A DNA stretch of 63,969 nt, filler included, from Sphacelaria rigidula (taxonomy: Eukaryota), in NCBI GenBank assembly GCA_964200075.2. It is 11 parts of 11 records of this genome, joined end to end, with 100 filler letters (N's around TTAATTAATTAA, not from the genome) between each part and the next. Parts side by side here need not be neighbours in the genome. Positions count along the whole stretch, not along the records: positions 11,651 to 17,375 come from CAXNAA020024942.1; positions 17,476 to 23,200 come from CAXNAA020024943.1; positions 23,301 to 29,025 come from CAXNAA020024944.1; 8 more parts are not named here. One strand, given 5' to 3'. A program made the translations under genes and the position numbers. Numbering within the stretch: position 1 is the first letter of the stretch; every line of letters begins with the position of its first letter. This document shows, one piece after another, positions 11,551-24,963 of this stretch. The notes beneath the pieces are model-generated. The model did no database searches. It saw only the letters and a program-made list of their open reading frames with translations, and was not told the origin of the DNA.

Positions 11551-14276
11551 NNNNNNNNNNNNNNNNNNNNNNNNNNNNNNNNNNNNNNNNNNNNTTAATT
11601 AATTAANNNNNNNNNNNNNNNNNNNNNNNNNNNNNNNNNNNNNNNNNNNNTCCCTGCAATGGAGGGATGGGACTTCAACCTCATATTATGTTTCAACCCC
11701 AAAAATTAGGATCGGCTGTTATCTGGTTGGATCCGGTTCTTTCGGAGGACCGACCCAATCGAGTGCACCCTGGTGTCCACTTCTTTTCGGAAGTGCGAAG
11801 TCTCGACACCACCAATGAGAGAAAGAGAAAAGAAATCGGCCTTCATCTGTGACCAAGCATATCGTGACGTTCGTCCTGTGTCATTCTACGTTGGACTTAC
11901 CCACATGCTGTGAGCTCACGATTGTTTCAAGAGTAACGGTGAGACAGTAAGGTGTTTGATTCCAGCAGCGAGCAGATGCTAGAAGGTTGGCATGATCGTA
12001 AAATCGAACTGTGCCAAATGGAGTGGTGAAATGTGTAACCATATATAATAGTAAAAGTAAGTCATATTTGCATGAGCTAGCAAAACCTCGTAACCTGCAT
12101 AACCGAAATACTATTGTTGTTCGCTCTAGTTCTCGACTTGTACAGTAGAGACACGCATGTGGACGACCACTATGGCCAACACTTTTTCGTTTGTATCAGT
12201 ATGTGCGAATACCGAACTTTTTTTCCATATTTTTTGTTTGTTTTTCTGCGTGATTTATTGACAATTTTGTTCCGATAAAACTGTTCTGAAGTGTTCTGTC
12301 GCCAGTAACTCACGGAGAAAAACAAAAAACACACGGGAGGAACAAAGGGGTGTTTGCACATACGTCCTGTACATCATGTCAAAACTTCATCGAGCACGAC
12401 CAGCTATTGAGCTCGGGAACTATGCTACAGCTTGTGCGGCACCACGCGGCACAAAGCTGACTGTAACCGAAAATCCAATCTCTGCCGTTTTCTTCTGGCT
12501 ATTCCGCCGCACACAGTACCCTCAACTCTATACACTTTCGCACTTGACTACATTTTGGTATTTAGTTTGATGATACCTTGTCGGATCGCAGTGCTACACG
12601 GATTTGAAGACGCGCGCTGATTTGCCGATTACCACAATGTGTCATAGGCACAACTCGCGGTACATCGCCACTTAGAACGGGTTGAAGGAAAGTGAGCTTC
12701 TTAGGCGGCCCAGCCTGTAAAATCCCGTGTTAATCGCTGAAATACTCACCAGCAAGCTCCACTCTAGTGCACTGTAAGTTGATATCGGTAGAAGGACATT
12801 ACCACAGCCACCTTGCCGGCTGCCAGGACGTAGGATCCACTAGCATTGCTGTCTGTACGGGGATGTTGCCTCCTTCTCGGGTACGTGGGGAACGGTCCGT
12901 GGCAGAACACAATGGTCGCATCAAGCAGCTGCACCAAATGTTGGGCGTTCTCACTCAACACTTCGATTTGAAGGATGATACTAGGTAGGCAGCAGCAACT
13001 GCTGTGTGTCTAGGTGCCCCTTGGAGCAAGATGCGTTTGGTTTCTGTTTGACAAAGTTTCCCCCCAGAAACCGAAATCAATAGGGGTTTTAGAGACCCAG
13101 AAAAAAAAAACTCGCAAAAATTTAGTCGCGAAAATCGAGTCGCAAAGAACCGGTGTGTCAAATTTTTACCTGGAGCAGAAACCATTTTCACTTCGTGAAA
13201 TTGGAACAAGTGGACATTTGACCTAGAGCAACACATCAATGAGCGCTGACTGGTTCAAAAGTCAGAAGTTCGCTCCTTGAACACGCTGAACCCTTACTGC
13301 GGCTCTGTTGCTGAATGCACACGGAATGTTATCTGTGCACATCAAGTGCACGAAACATGCGGTGCATTTTCAAAAACAGGCCAAAATAATCAAGACGAGG
13401 CGTCACTGTTTTCCAGAGGTTCACTCACACTCACACCATAGCGTCCCGAGACTGGGAAATACATCGGCACTGTTACCTGCATCCTGGGGGGTATGTAGAG
13501 ACTGCTTCGCTCGTCTGGATCTGCTTTGTGTATGGCGACAAACCGTTAGGTGACTAAAGTTAGGACTTATGCAGGTACTCATTTCTCATCCGTGCGGAAA
13601 GGAAGCATCACGAGCACGTCTCTTTCTAGAGCACTCTTGAGCAAACCCTGGCGTTGCTCTCTTAGTACATAAACACAAGAGATAGCCGAGAGTACTCAAC
13701 AACGCAGCACTCATTGCACATTACAACTCTTCGCAACATGTATTATTAATACGGTTAATCGTGCTCGACATCTCACACTGTACTTGTACACCCGAAAAAT
13801 TGTGCGTCCCTATCTGGGTTGTACACACCAAAGCTAAAACATACGCAGAAAAACATATAACCAGTACTTCCACGCGACATCACAAATACCTCTTGCCCCG
13901 ACGACATCGGTCGAGCGCGATTTAATCACCACTCTACCCGCAAGCAAAACTCTGTACACTACATGGGAGTACAAAACGACATAATGTGCCGTGCTGTGGG
14001 GCCCCTCCCTCGATCTTGCGCAACAGACTTAACCCTTCCGAGTGCACTCGCCGTGTGTGCCTCGAACCCCGGGCAACAGAGAACGTGCTTTTATTACACA
14101 AATGAATGCGCTCAACTGCATGTGTTTTGCGCCTTCAGCATACGGACAAAAACGTGCAGCGCGCTGTGGAGCAAAACTGCTGAAGAATGACCAAGTTTCC
14201 AATGCAACGCTTTCCGAAGAGAGCTATACCGAGAAGGCCAGCAAACTGTACAACATTACACGAAAAGCCTCTCTTG

Positions 14277-15194
14277 TCACCTGATGATTTGAAACCGGAT
14301 ATATAGGTACATTCGAGTGGCCCACGACACCATGAGCAGTTGCATGCAGCTCATGGCCGCCCAATGGAAGATATGGTCCCTGTTCTGGAGAAAGGTAACC
14401 GCAGGCCGAATCCGCTCCCCTACCCACGGCCCCAATGTGTTGCTGTCGGCGAAGCTATACACACCCAGGCCAAACGACACCAGCGCTCCTGGGAGCACGA
14501 AGTACTTGGAGTACGTCGGAATCTGTATCAGGGCAACACCGGCCGCCCCCCCGATCCCCCATCCGACGAACAAAACGCACCACCTCATTCGCTCGCGGTC
14601 CAACTCTGCGCGGAAGATTTCAGCGATGACCAGCGACACTAGGCCCACGCAAAAGCACACCAGCGCAATTACGGCCGAAGAAACCAATAACATATCGCCC
14701 CTGTAGTCGTCGCTGTCACCCTCCGCCACCACAATACCCGTCAGGGCAAACCCGAGCAAGATGCTACAGAAGTGCCACACAGCCAACGCCGCGGCAAACA
14801 CAGGTCTTCGTGCAGCCAATCTAGCGAGATGAGAAATGCCGTGTCGGGATGTTGTACCACCTCGGTCGCCACCATCACCTCCATCACTGCTGTTCATCGT
14901 TCCAAGTACAAGTGGATCACCACTACTTCTACGCTTCCATACCAAGGCATTGAGCACGAGAGCCAGTACCGTCACAGTCCCAGGGGTGAGCGCGAAGACA
15001 AAGTACGGTGGAAACAAGTACAGCAAGCCGACGCCAGCCTCGTTGTCGAGGAACGATGGCGATACCGACTCAGGGTTGCCGACGTACAGCACTCCCACTA
15101 TCGCCAGCCATAAGCTTATGCCCATAGTTTCCAGCGCCCAGAAAAGGCGCCATCTCTGCCTTGTAGTCCGCAGAAAGTGCATCATTTTCTCGTC
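14277..15194 (-). CDS. Large exon of an uncharacterised multi-pass membrane protein
   Basis: Acceptor TTGTACAG|GAC at 15194; about 305 open codons with roughly 7 hydrophobic segments. The 3' end is ambiguous: TGA at 14277 or donor AG|GTGACA at 14281. Confidence 0.72.
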   Translation of the reverse strand, partial: DEKMMHFLRTTRQRWRLFWALETMGISLWLAIVGVLYVGNPESVSPSFLDNEAGVGLLYLFPPYFVFALTPGTVTVLALVLNALVWKRRSSGDPLVLGTMNSSDGGDGGDRGGTTSRHGISHLARLAARRPVFAAALAVWHFCSILLGFALTGIVVAEGDSDDYRGDMLLVSSAVIALVCFCVGLVSLVIAEIFRAELDRERMRWCVLFVGWGIGGAAGVALIQIPTYSKYFVLPGALVSFGLGVYSFADSNTLGPWVGERIRPAVTFLQNRDHIFHWAAMSCMQLLMVSWATRMYLYIRFQIIR

Positions 15195-15864
15195 CTGTAC
15201 AACACGACACGGGTACAGGGAGCACAACACTCAACGATCAGACAACAGAAGACACAACACCATGTCGGCTGCGCGGAAACGCTACTCTCCTTCCCCGCCC
15301 CTTACAAACGGGCATCGTATCGCGTATCATTTCATCATCAAAGTGGTGATATTTCATTTTCTTGTCTCAATTCTCATCCCTCCTCTTCCTCGGGACGAGC
15401 GCGTAGACTCAATGGATCGATCAGCACACCTCTTCATGCCCCCCACTACGAAAGTGATTCGTTGTCAATGGTGAAACGACATAGGCAACCAACAAATGAG
15501 TACGCCCTTACATTTGGCATCGCGGGATGGATCATGGCTACGCATCTCCGCACCGTGCCGACTTTCGTCAAATAAATTTCGGTGGCTATACGGCATCGAT
15601 TACGCTCACCTCAACCCAAATCTCTGCTCCTTCATGGGTGCCATGATATACCCATTACAGACATCCACGACCCCTCCGAAGGTTGTTACGATTAATACGG
15701 GCTGCAGCATCAAGAGTCTGTTTGGACGTTCGATACCTTGCACTGGGTGGGGCTCTCGTGCGGCGCGCGCGGGGGGAAAGGGGTAATTCGACCATGTCCG
15801 GTGTGTTCCTGCATCAAACCGCTACCAATAAGGAAAAGCACCTGCGCAGCGGTCCGGTACTCAC

Positions 15865-16167
15865 CATTTCCGTGACAAAGAGGACCACCGCCGCATCCAC
15901 CACGAGCTCCGCATTGTTGGTGGCGTCGGCAAACATCACCTTCATCGAAGCCACTGTAAGGAGAAAAATAGAGCATAGGAGGGTCGCCCCGAAGATCCGG
16001 TGAGCTCTCGCCTTGCCCCAGAAGAGTAACATGTAGCCGGCGCGAACATCCGGTGCCGCTATGGAGACCATAAGATACATGGCCAAGGCGACGGCGAATA
16101 TAGAGTACTCAGTCTCTTCCGGTTCAGCTGCTGTCCATATGAGCGTAGCGTACACGAGCATTTGAGC
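15865..16167 (-). CDS. Upstream exon of the same membrane protein (3-4 hydrophobic segments)
   Basis: Acceptor TTCCTCAG|GCT and donor ATG|GTGAGT, both phase 0. Joins in frame to give ELVVDAAVVLFVTEM|DEKMMHFL. Confidence 0.72.
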
Positions 16168-19100
16168 CTGAGGAAGAAATTGCGTTGTTGAAACAGAAAA
16201 CCGTCGAAACTTGCCGTGTCAGTGCATAAATACGAACGGAAGGTGTCGGGTTAACCGGTGATGGAAAATGAAAGAGACGCCATCTCCGAAAAATAACTTT
16301 TTTTTTTGTTTTCCCTCATTTCAATGAAATATGTGCGGGGGCGAGAGAAAAGAAGCGGAGGGAGTTTGATCCCGTGGGGAGCCCCGTCATGTGCCTTTAT
16401 GCCTCCATCACGCTTGCAGCAAGTGCTGGCTCATGCACTGTGGGAGAGACCTTAAAAGTGCCCCTTTTCCCGACGGAAACGAGCTAGGATTCGTTGTCCG
16501 ACGTCAACTCGCCGTGGAGTTCTTTTCTTCATCACGGGGCATGCGTGAATGTTTCAGGCAGAGCGTGCGGCTCGTGGTGTGCAGCATTTCCCACGGAAGA
16601 GCGCCGTGCGCTGAGCCGGACAACAGACGAATCATATCCCTGGTTCAAGACAACCGTGTGCCCACACAACGCTAGCTTGAACAGCGTTTTCTCATACGCA
16701 GGTGCGCTTATGAATCTTGATTTCTCACCAATAGTATCAGCCACCCTGACACCACGTCTGTAGCGGTCAGGTTTTCATCCGACCCCGGAGTCTTCACACC
16801 ACACGCCCACAGGTATACCGAGTCGGGAATATAGCTCGATAGCATGTCCTCCACGACTCTCGAGTCATCACTGCGTATATTGCTCCATGCTGAGTGATCA
16901 GCACCTGATCATTTATGACGAGGACGGCGGGACGGTGGGGACGGGGGGGAAGGAGGGCCTTCCGATATGGCACCGCGGCTTGGACCATAACTATCAGCAG
17001 CCCCCCCCACAGCGTCGACACTGGCCGAACCCATTCTTCCAACTACCCACGCTCTCAGGTTTTGATCGACGGGAATCGAATACCCCTCGGGAAAAATCCC
17101 AAACGCATCTGTCGGGAATGAAACCCAACATTTTCCCGACATGATGGTGTCAGTTGTACTGTACTGGACCACTGGAGCACCAGGGCGCGGCGATACTGCA
17201 GAATGAACACATATCTGCATGCACCTCGAGACCAAAGCACAAGCGGCACACTTCTCGGCAAGTCTGGGTAGTGTTGTGCGTACCATACGTCCCGATACAC
17301 CCCCATCCATCCCCCCACACGTGCTCCGTCTCGAAAGGGATGCGTGGTCAATGGTCAAATGACTAAGGCAAGCAANNNNNNNNNNNNNNNNNNNNNNNNN
17401 NNNNNNNNNNNNNNNNNNNTTAATTAATTAANNNNNNNNNNNNNNNNNNNNNNNNNNNNNNNNNNNNNNNNNNNNTGGGGCTGGCACTAGCGCGTTTGCC
17501 TCGTTCGATGCCCACTGGTATTCCGGGAGGCGCGTGTTGTACGTGTACGTCAAGACGGATCTACAAGTAGTGGCCAGGGATAGATTGAGAGAACCTAGTG
17601 GGAACTTGCCGAGCGACGACTCCGGTCTCAGCTCCGCCTTCCTGCGCACCCTTGCGCACGTGGAAGGACGTCACTCGGACTAGAACGATATTATTATATT
17701 ATTATTATATCTATCACATTAGCTCGATCTCTCGAACCCGTGGTCAATGTCTGGAATTTGCGTGGTGCGATGCGCGAAATAATTGTCATCGTCAATCTAT
17801 GGCCCTTACTTTCTTTCCGTCCCTTGTTCTGCTTGTATGCCGTTCTTGCTTTTCTTGATTGAGGGCGTCTGTCTCTTCTGTCCCTTTTCCATTTCATTCC
17901 TATGTGAGAAAGGATGGGGACATTGGAAGTGTGATGCGAAGCACAGCGATCTATTACAAGTTTTCGTTGCAGCACAGCATCATGACGTCAGCATGGTCAT
18001 CTTGACCAAATTCCTATCAATAATAGAAGAGACCTACTGTCACGTATCCGTTCTCGTCACGTTCACGTGTGCAACAAGTACATGAGATGGATCCAGGGGG
18101 GGGGTGACGCAGCCTCTAGCAAATGCCTGGAAGCTTGCTGAAATAGCATGCCCTTTGCCATGGTCATTCAAACTCATTCGTGCTTATCGAAGCACATTCT
18201 TCTAGGATTATAAAATTGATTGCAAACTTAAAGTGTGTACCGCTTCATGTGACGTGTTCATGACGTTTCATGTAACGTGTAACGTCTAATACATGTGAAA
18301 CGGCTAATATGTTACACGTGTATTATAGACGGTACACGTTCCATGAAACGTTGTTTCATGTTACGTGTTTTGAGCGTTCGGACAGTTTAACGTTCACGTT
18401 ATACTTTTCGTGTGACACATGAAGCAAATAACGTTACGTTAACGTTACATGCAAACAATTATGGGTTACGTTACGTTACATTCATCATGTTGTAAACGAG
18501 TAAGATTTACGTTACGTTTCGACCAAAACGTAACGTGTAACGCTGTGGCAAGTGTAACGTAAAGAGGTTTGATTTTTCTTATGATGAGCCTTGGGCACAT
18601 TTTTGTATGCAGCAAGATGTTGAAAAAACAAATCACACCTTGGACAACACACTACATTGCCAAGCAGTTTACTGCGCACAGTATCGAGTGTTGTGTCTAC
18701 TGCAATAGACAATATATGCAACACTGTACACAAATGCACTCTCCGGACGTGGTGTGTGGTTTCGCTCACCCTACAAAAAAAATCCATCCACACTTTGAAA
18801 GTTCCAGTGTGAAATGGATACGTGATACATGTTATGTGATAGGGATTCCAGCTGCTGAGTTGTTTCTGGATACAGACTGGCGGGTACGATAAGTATAAAC
18901 ATCGAATTTTAATATTCGGGGTTGATCTCCAAAATGAGGTTCAAGTGGCATATCTTTTTGCAGGGAGGGCGCGAATCAGTTACACAGAGCGAAACCATAT
19001 CTCCCCCCAAATGTCTGCAGCACTTAGGCAGTTGTGGCTAAGTGCACCGAACGAATGCAGTGTACACGCGTGTCGGTGACGATATTACCAGAGAGAGAAG

Positions 19101-20532
19101 CAACGACGGAGAGACCGCTCCTCACCCGTGCCCTTTGTGTTTCCTCGCTCGGCGATTACAATCACTCGAGAGACTGGCATAATGCATGTTACTAGCATGT
19201 ACCGAATTTCTCATGTGTCGGTAGGCATATTATATTGCTGCACAGCCCCCCAAAGAACACCGAGGTGCGGAGGGATGTCGTCTCTTCTTGTCTGTGGAGC
19301 TCACCAATGCAAAGATCGATTTCTCTCTGCCTCTCTTTTTGGACAGAAAGCCCCTCTGTGCGCTGCAGAACACGTCGTTGAAAATCAGGGCAATGTTCCC
19401 GTCACCGCCACTGTTCTCCTTCCCTCAGCTCTTGAGAGTCCTTTACATTGTGTGGAATAATTAAAGAAAATCGAGCTGTTTAGTGTTCACAGCTGTTGTG
19501 AAATTATGACTATGAAACCATCCCCTCGTATCCCCACCACACACGAAGAACACAAGATTACTACGCCTGCGGCTTTCCCCCTTGAGATCCACAGGCCGCA
19601 GCGCCCCGTTTCTGGGATTAAGGGTATCATCCAGTTCTTGACCCCTCCCATACTCAGTTCAGCGAGCTGCGCTCCTGGTGTTCGGGATGATTCTACCGTG
19701 GTGTCAAGAAGCGCCTTCCGTTGAAGACCCCTGACATTCTCGCTTCAGCGCGCCGCGCTCCAGTTGTCAGGGATGGTTCCACCGCGGCTGAACTTTTCGA
19801 GGCACCCCGTTCTATGACACACTGTCAATCGAAGCGTACGCACGCTCCTCATATCGGGTCTTATCCCACAGCAGCACAATTCGTGCCTGCCTCGGCTATT
19901 TCAGCTCCTTTGACACACCGTCAGAAGCGTGACGCTGCGCGTCTTCGGTCGACCATTCCGTCTATGCCACCGGCACTTGACTCGTCTTCGGCCCCCCGGT
20001 CCTCACGCCCAACAATGTCGTCACGCCTCGACCTTCATGATGATTCCACCACCATGCCAGCCATTGGCCACGGCTCTCGAACATTTGCTTCGTTCTTCGT
20101 CGGCTGTTGTGTCTGATGATCCAGCGACAATAACTTTGTCAAACGCGCTTGCCGCCACCTTCTGGCCATGTTCACTTTGACGATCATGCGCACCACATGA
20201 TTTCTGAGTCTGCGTTTGCCGTGCCTGATGACGCTGCATCACGTTCGGACGCTCACTCCAATTTTAGATATGTCGACTGTTCATGTGAACGGGTACACTT
20301 ATTGAACATGCACATGTGCGTATTGACTTATGCTGACGCACGGGTGCTGATAGTCAAGTGTGTGTGACTGCAGTACCGTGACCAGCCCGGCTGCGACTCT
20401 ACCGTCTGAGTTCACTCCACATTTGATTCCTCTATCATAGGATCGACTCCGTCAAAGCACTCTCCAATGATACAAAATACAAACTATCTATCCTTCGCCA
20501 CGGGCCACGGAATACACTAGTGTTACAACCGA

Positions 20533-23200
20533 TTGGGGAGAATGGCAGATCAGGGTGGTAGGCCTGCTACATTTGTCGGTGAGCAGGGTGTTATTGAGCA
20601 ATTGCGGGAGGTGAATAACCAGATGAGTTCCATGGCTCAGCTACTGCGTGATTTGCAGTTAAACCGAGCTGCTTTACAGAGTAACATGGACGATATCAGG
20701 GCAGTAAGGGACGCCGGGGGCGCAGAAACCAGTGGCGTCCTCCGTAGTGATGGTTCCCATAGTCAACAGGGGGAATCCAACATGAACAGAACAGTGGAGC
20801 GACATGGTGCCGGAGTTTGAAGAGATCGACGGTATATCGGGAGTCAAGCTGTTCCAGAGGAAGGAGCGCGCGACGCAGAGGACAACGACGCCACAAATGA
20901 CGGAGCTAGGGACTTTGTCCCTGCGCGTGAGTCAATGCTAGTAAACGATGCAAGTGGAAATATGTCAGGGTTTCCTGTTTTTCGACAGAATGTCCCAAAC
21001 TTTTCAGGGAAGAACGCTGATTATGCTCGGTACAGACATGAGCTGGTTAACTTCGTGAGGGGCGAAGGAATTGCCTGGGTGTTTACCATAGCCGGCGATA
21101 GTTCGCACAACGTAGATGTCGGCGGCCCTGAATTAGCACGAGGGTATCTGGAAAGTAGACACGGGAAGGACACAGTGGCAACCCACGTGAGGGTGAGACG
21201 GATGCTTGTTGCCAGTTTAGAAGGAAAGAGGGAGCAAGATATTTTGCTCAGAGTCCACTCACTTGGTGCGGTTTGGAGAAAACTCGAGGATGTCTTTCGC
21301 CCCAAAACAAATGGGGCTTTGTTGGAAAAGTTCGATGGAGTCAAGAGTGGTGTTCGTGATGATCCAGAGCAGAAGCTGCTCAAGATGGAGGAAATTGCAC
21401 GGGACCTGAACTCATACGAGGAACATCAACTACTAAGCGAAAACCACATCCTTTTCAAATACCTCAACGCATTGCCTTTCGAGTATCACATTCAAAAGCA
21501 GTTGCTGGAGGATCGAGAGAGGCCGCTGACACGGGAGGTTGTGCTGACCTCGGTCCGAAAGCGCTTCTAATCGACCGCTTTGAGGCAGGAACTTGCCCGG
21601 GGAAAGAAGTTATCCCCGGGCGACCAGAGTCTCCTTGCCAGGGGTGGGACCGAAAAACCGAGCGGTGCACACCGCAAGGGAAAACCGGGAAAACCCCAGG
21701 GCTCTGGTCAGGAAAACGGCGGGAGCTAGAGTTCTAGTAGCTCTGGGTCGGCATCGTCGGACGGCAAACCGGCGACGGTGAAGCTGCTCCGCTGCCACGT
21801 TTGCGACGAGGACACGACGCATCCAGCCAGGATCTGCCCGAAGAGATACTGCGGGAGGTGCGGTCAGCAGAGGCACACGTTCTGGGACTGTCCGAGCTCG
21901 ACAGTGGAGAAAGAAGACGTGGCGATGGCGATGGGCGCGGCCGACGACAGCGACAGCTCTTCCGCTTGTTCGGTGGCGGACGGGGAGGCTTTCATCTCTT
22001 TCGACACCACCATCAATGGCGACACAGGCGAGTATGCATTGAGTGTTGGGCGAGGGGGTGATAGTCAGCAGGGTGAGGGCGAACCGTGGGTATTCGACAC
22101 GGGGGCTACCCAGCACTTTTCCCACGATTCCCATGGGATGACGGAGTACAGAGAGTGCAAGGGTAGGCTACCACGGTGCGCGGGTGGTGGTACTCACCCG
22201 ATCGTAGGTGGAGGAAATTTGTCTCTTGCCTTCAGATCTGACGGACAAGATGTGATGCTCAAATTAATGAATGTTGACCATGTACCTGATGTCCGTCATC
22301 ACTTCTTGCCACTCACGAGGATCCAAAACATGGGACACACCTACACTGGTTCTCGTGCGGGTTTCAGGGTAGATCTCATTTCAGGCAATACACTGAAAAC
22401 ACCCGGACAACCAAGTCAACTGAAAATGTACGCCCGCCGCCTCGACCAAAGTGGTGGTGACAAGTGTACTTCGGCATATGCTGTTTTTGCCCCCGGGGGT
22501 TCCGCCTAGCCCCCAGATCGCTGACATGGACGAATTCCACTGTGCCCACGCCCACGTCCACGAGGACCTACTGCGAAAGACGGCGAAGCTGCAGGGAAAG
22601 CAGCTGGCTGGGGAGCTGCAGCCTTGCCGCGGCTGCTCAGAGGCGAAGGGACTGCAACGGCCGATTCCAAGATCGACGCACACGAGAGCAGCTAAGTCAG
22701 CGTCTAGGGTGTTTGTAGGTCTTTCCGGCCCGAAACCAGTCAAGTCTTACGGGGGAAAGTCGTACACGATGATAGTCCGAGATGATCACTCACGGCACAC
22801 AAAGTTGTACTTCCTCCGGAAGAAGGATGCGGCAGAAAGATACTTCGCGAAATACATTGCATGGGTCTCTCCGAGAAAAATTGAGATAGTCCGTAGCGAT
22901 GACGGGGGTGAATTCTCGGAGGGTGCATTTGGTGAACTGTGCGACAGGGAAAAGATCAATCAGGAGAAGACAACTGCCGACTCACCCCAGTTCAACGGTG
23001 TTGCAGAGCGAGCGTTGGGTATCATCGAAGCAATAGGCCTTGCGGCCAAGATCTAAGCATCTGAGCTGTACCCAGATGAGCGCATCCCAAATGGTGACAA
23101 CCTGTGGGCTGAACAGGCAAACTGAGCGTGTTACGCCCTGAAGTGCACCGCTACCTCGGCTAACCCGAACCACAAATCACCGCATGAGATGTGGTATGGA
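20533..23200 (+). mobile_element. Degenerate Ty1/Copia LTR retrotransposon (gag-protease-integrase; RT lies beyond the contig end)
   Basis: Gag-like ORF 20935-21570; zinc knuckles CHVC...H...C and CGRCGQQRHTFWDC; protease WVFDTGATQH; HCAHAH...CRGC; integrase IVRSDDGGEF and SPQFNGVAER. Integrase follows protease directly (Copia order). Several stops and frameshifts; the first catalytic Asp reads Gly (VFVGLSGP). Confidence 0.92.
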
Positions 23201-24574
23201 NNNNNNNNNNNNNNNNNNNNNNNNNNNNNNNNNNNNNNNNNNNNTTAATTAATTAANNNNNNNNNNNNNNNNNNNNNNNNNNNNNNNNNNNNNNNNNNNN
23301 CTTTGTCAGGGCTTGTCATACTGAGGCGTCTGGCCCGGGGACGGAAGGGGAGGGTTCCCAAAGGGTTAAAGAAGTTACGGCATTTTCCCTGTCTTTGCTG
23401 AAACTTCAAATCGCTCTAACTTCCTGTTGTTTTTTTTCCTCTGCATCCCCCATAGTGTTGCGCAGGTTGCTAATAAAAATGTCGTGTCAAAATTTCAGCG
23501 CCCAACTCTTCGAATTATCAATGGCATCTCCACTCTTCGTTCAAAAATCACTGTCAGCTGGCCCAGCTCATGTTATCATATTACTATTATTACCACTACT
23601 GCTACTACTACTACTGCTACTGCTACTGCTACTACTACTACTATTACTATTTTCATTACTAATACTTCTGCCCATTACCTCGATCTCTCGAACCCGTGGT
23701 CACAGACGTGAGCCCACATTTTCCAATACCGTCCCTGCTATTCGTTACAAGAAATGAGCGGTAATTGTTTCTTCTGAGACGCCCCCCCCCCCCAAAAGAA
23801 AAATGAACAAATAAAGCACAGAATAAAAAACAAAGGAGAGAGAGACGCCAAGAAAACAGAAGACACAAAATCATCCCCCCGACTTGATCGGGATGAGGTA
23901 AGACATCACTACCACATATGGGCACGACCGGACGAGCCACTCTAGCGGGTCTCGGCCTGGAAGATATAATTACGAGATAATTACTACAAGGAGAGTCATC
24001 ACCTTCCAATACAGTAGCGGTCCGCTCGTAAGAAACTGGGAATCAGGCTTAGCCTTAGTTTCTTCATGTGATGCAAACGGTTGGTCATGCTCCACTGCTG
24101 TGTTCGACTCACTGTGAGTCTACAGCGGTTGTCGCTGAGGCTCAAAAATTGTTTTTTTCTCTCCTTGGAACCAGGTGTTCTCACGCTGATTTTCTTAGGG
24201 GTAATATTATTCAAGGATCAATTTCGTTTCCCCCAGATTTTCGAGTTTTTTCGGGAGAAAAAAGAAATGTTGGATATTGGAGCGCATTTCCTAACCAGGC
24301 TAATCAATGTGTCAATATAACCCTTGGATCGCGAGGGTAGGTCATCTGGGTCATGCATTCATTTTTCAATTGAAAGCTATGCCGATTCAACACATGACCT
24401 ATGCCCGCGGTCAAGGAGCCGATAATTAAGTTTGTCCACAGATTTCTCTGAAAAGCTAACGCTGGGTTTTTTTTCTCTTCTTTCAGTGAATTGTTTTGTG
24501 AGAAAGTCGGAAGGAAAGTCCAATTCTTGGGTAAAAGTAAAAAGAAAAATCTGAAAAAAAAATTGCCCCGTTAA

Positions 24575-24839
24575 GAGTCATGCTACGATAGGGAGGAGAG
24601 GTATTCTGGGCCATTTCTTCCACGAAGTTCCACTTCAAATCATCGTTGATAGCAGCAACTAACTGTTGTGCGAACGCGCTTGGTACCGATAAAAAACGCT
24701 CATTCATACTGCTTGACACCGCTTTCACCGAAAGAGTAATACATGCACACCGCGAATGTGTTAAGTCGTCTGACACCCCTATAGGCCCTTTTGTTCGCGG
24801 AATCAACCACCCCCTACCCCCCTTATTGTAGCATTTCTC
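24575..24839. mobile_element. MITE with GAG...CTC termini (subfamily A); also 25227-25561 and about 42584-42795; end fragments at 34950-34998 and 46598-46633
   Basis: TIR GAGTCATGCTACGATAGGG / CCCTTATTGTAGCATTTCTC with flanks TTAA/TCAA. Shared internal CTCATTCATAC(T/G)GCTTGACACCGCTTT. Confidence 0.8.
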
Positions 24840-24843
24840 TCAA

Positions 24844-24963
24844 CCCTTTGAGAATCCATGGACGATTTTTGTTTGTATGAATCGACATCATTTTGACTTG
24901 AAAATGAGCAGAAAATGATGCCGATTCACAAGAACAAAAAAATCAGCATGGGTTCCCAAAGGG
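24844..24963. mobile_element. 120-bp piggyBac-like MITE
   Basis: CCCTTTGAGAATCCATG ... CATGGGTTCCCAAAGGG flanked by TCAA/TTAA. The same right end GGTTCCCAAAGGGTTAA occurs near 23353-23369. Confidence 0.7.

Noticed and set aside
19494..20530. 5' LTR of the Copia element
   Set aside because: A TGTTG start is plausible, but the end reads CAACC, no clear primer-binding site was seen, and no second LTR is available for comparison.
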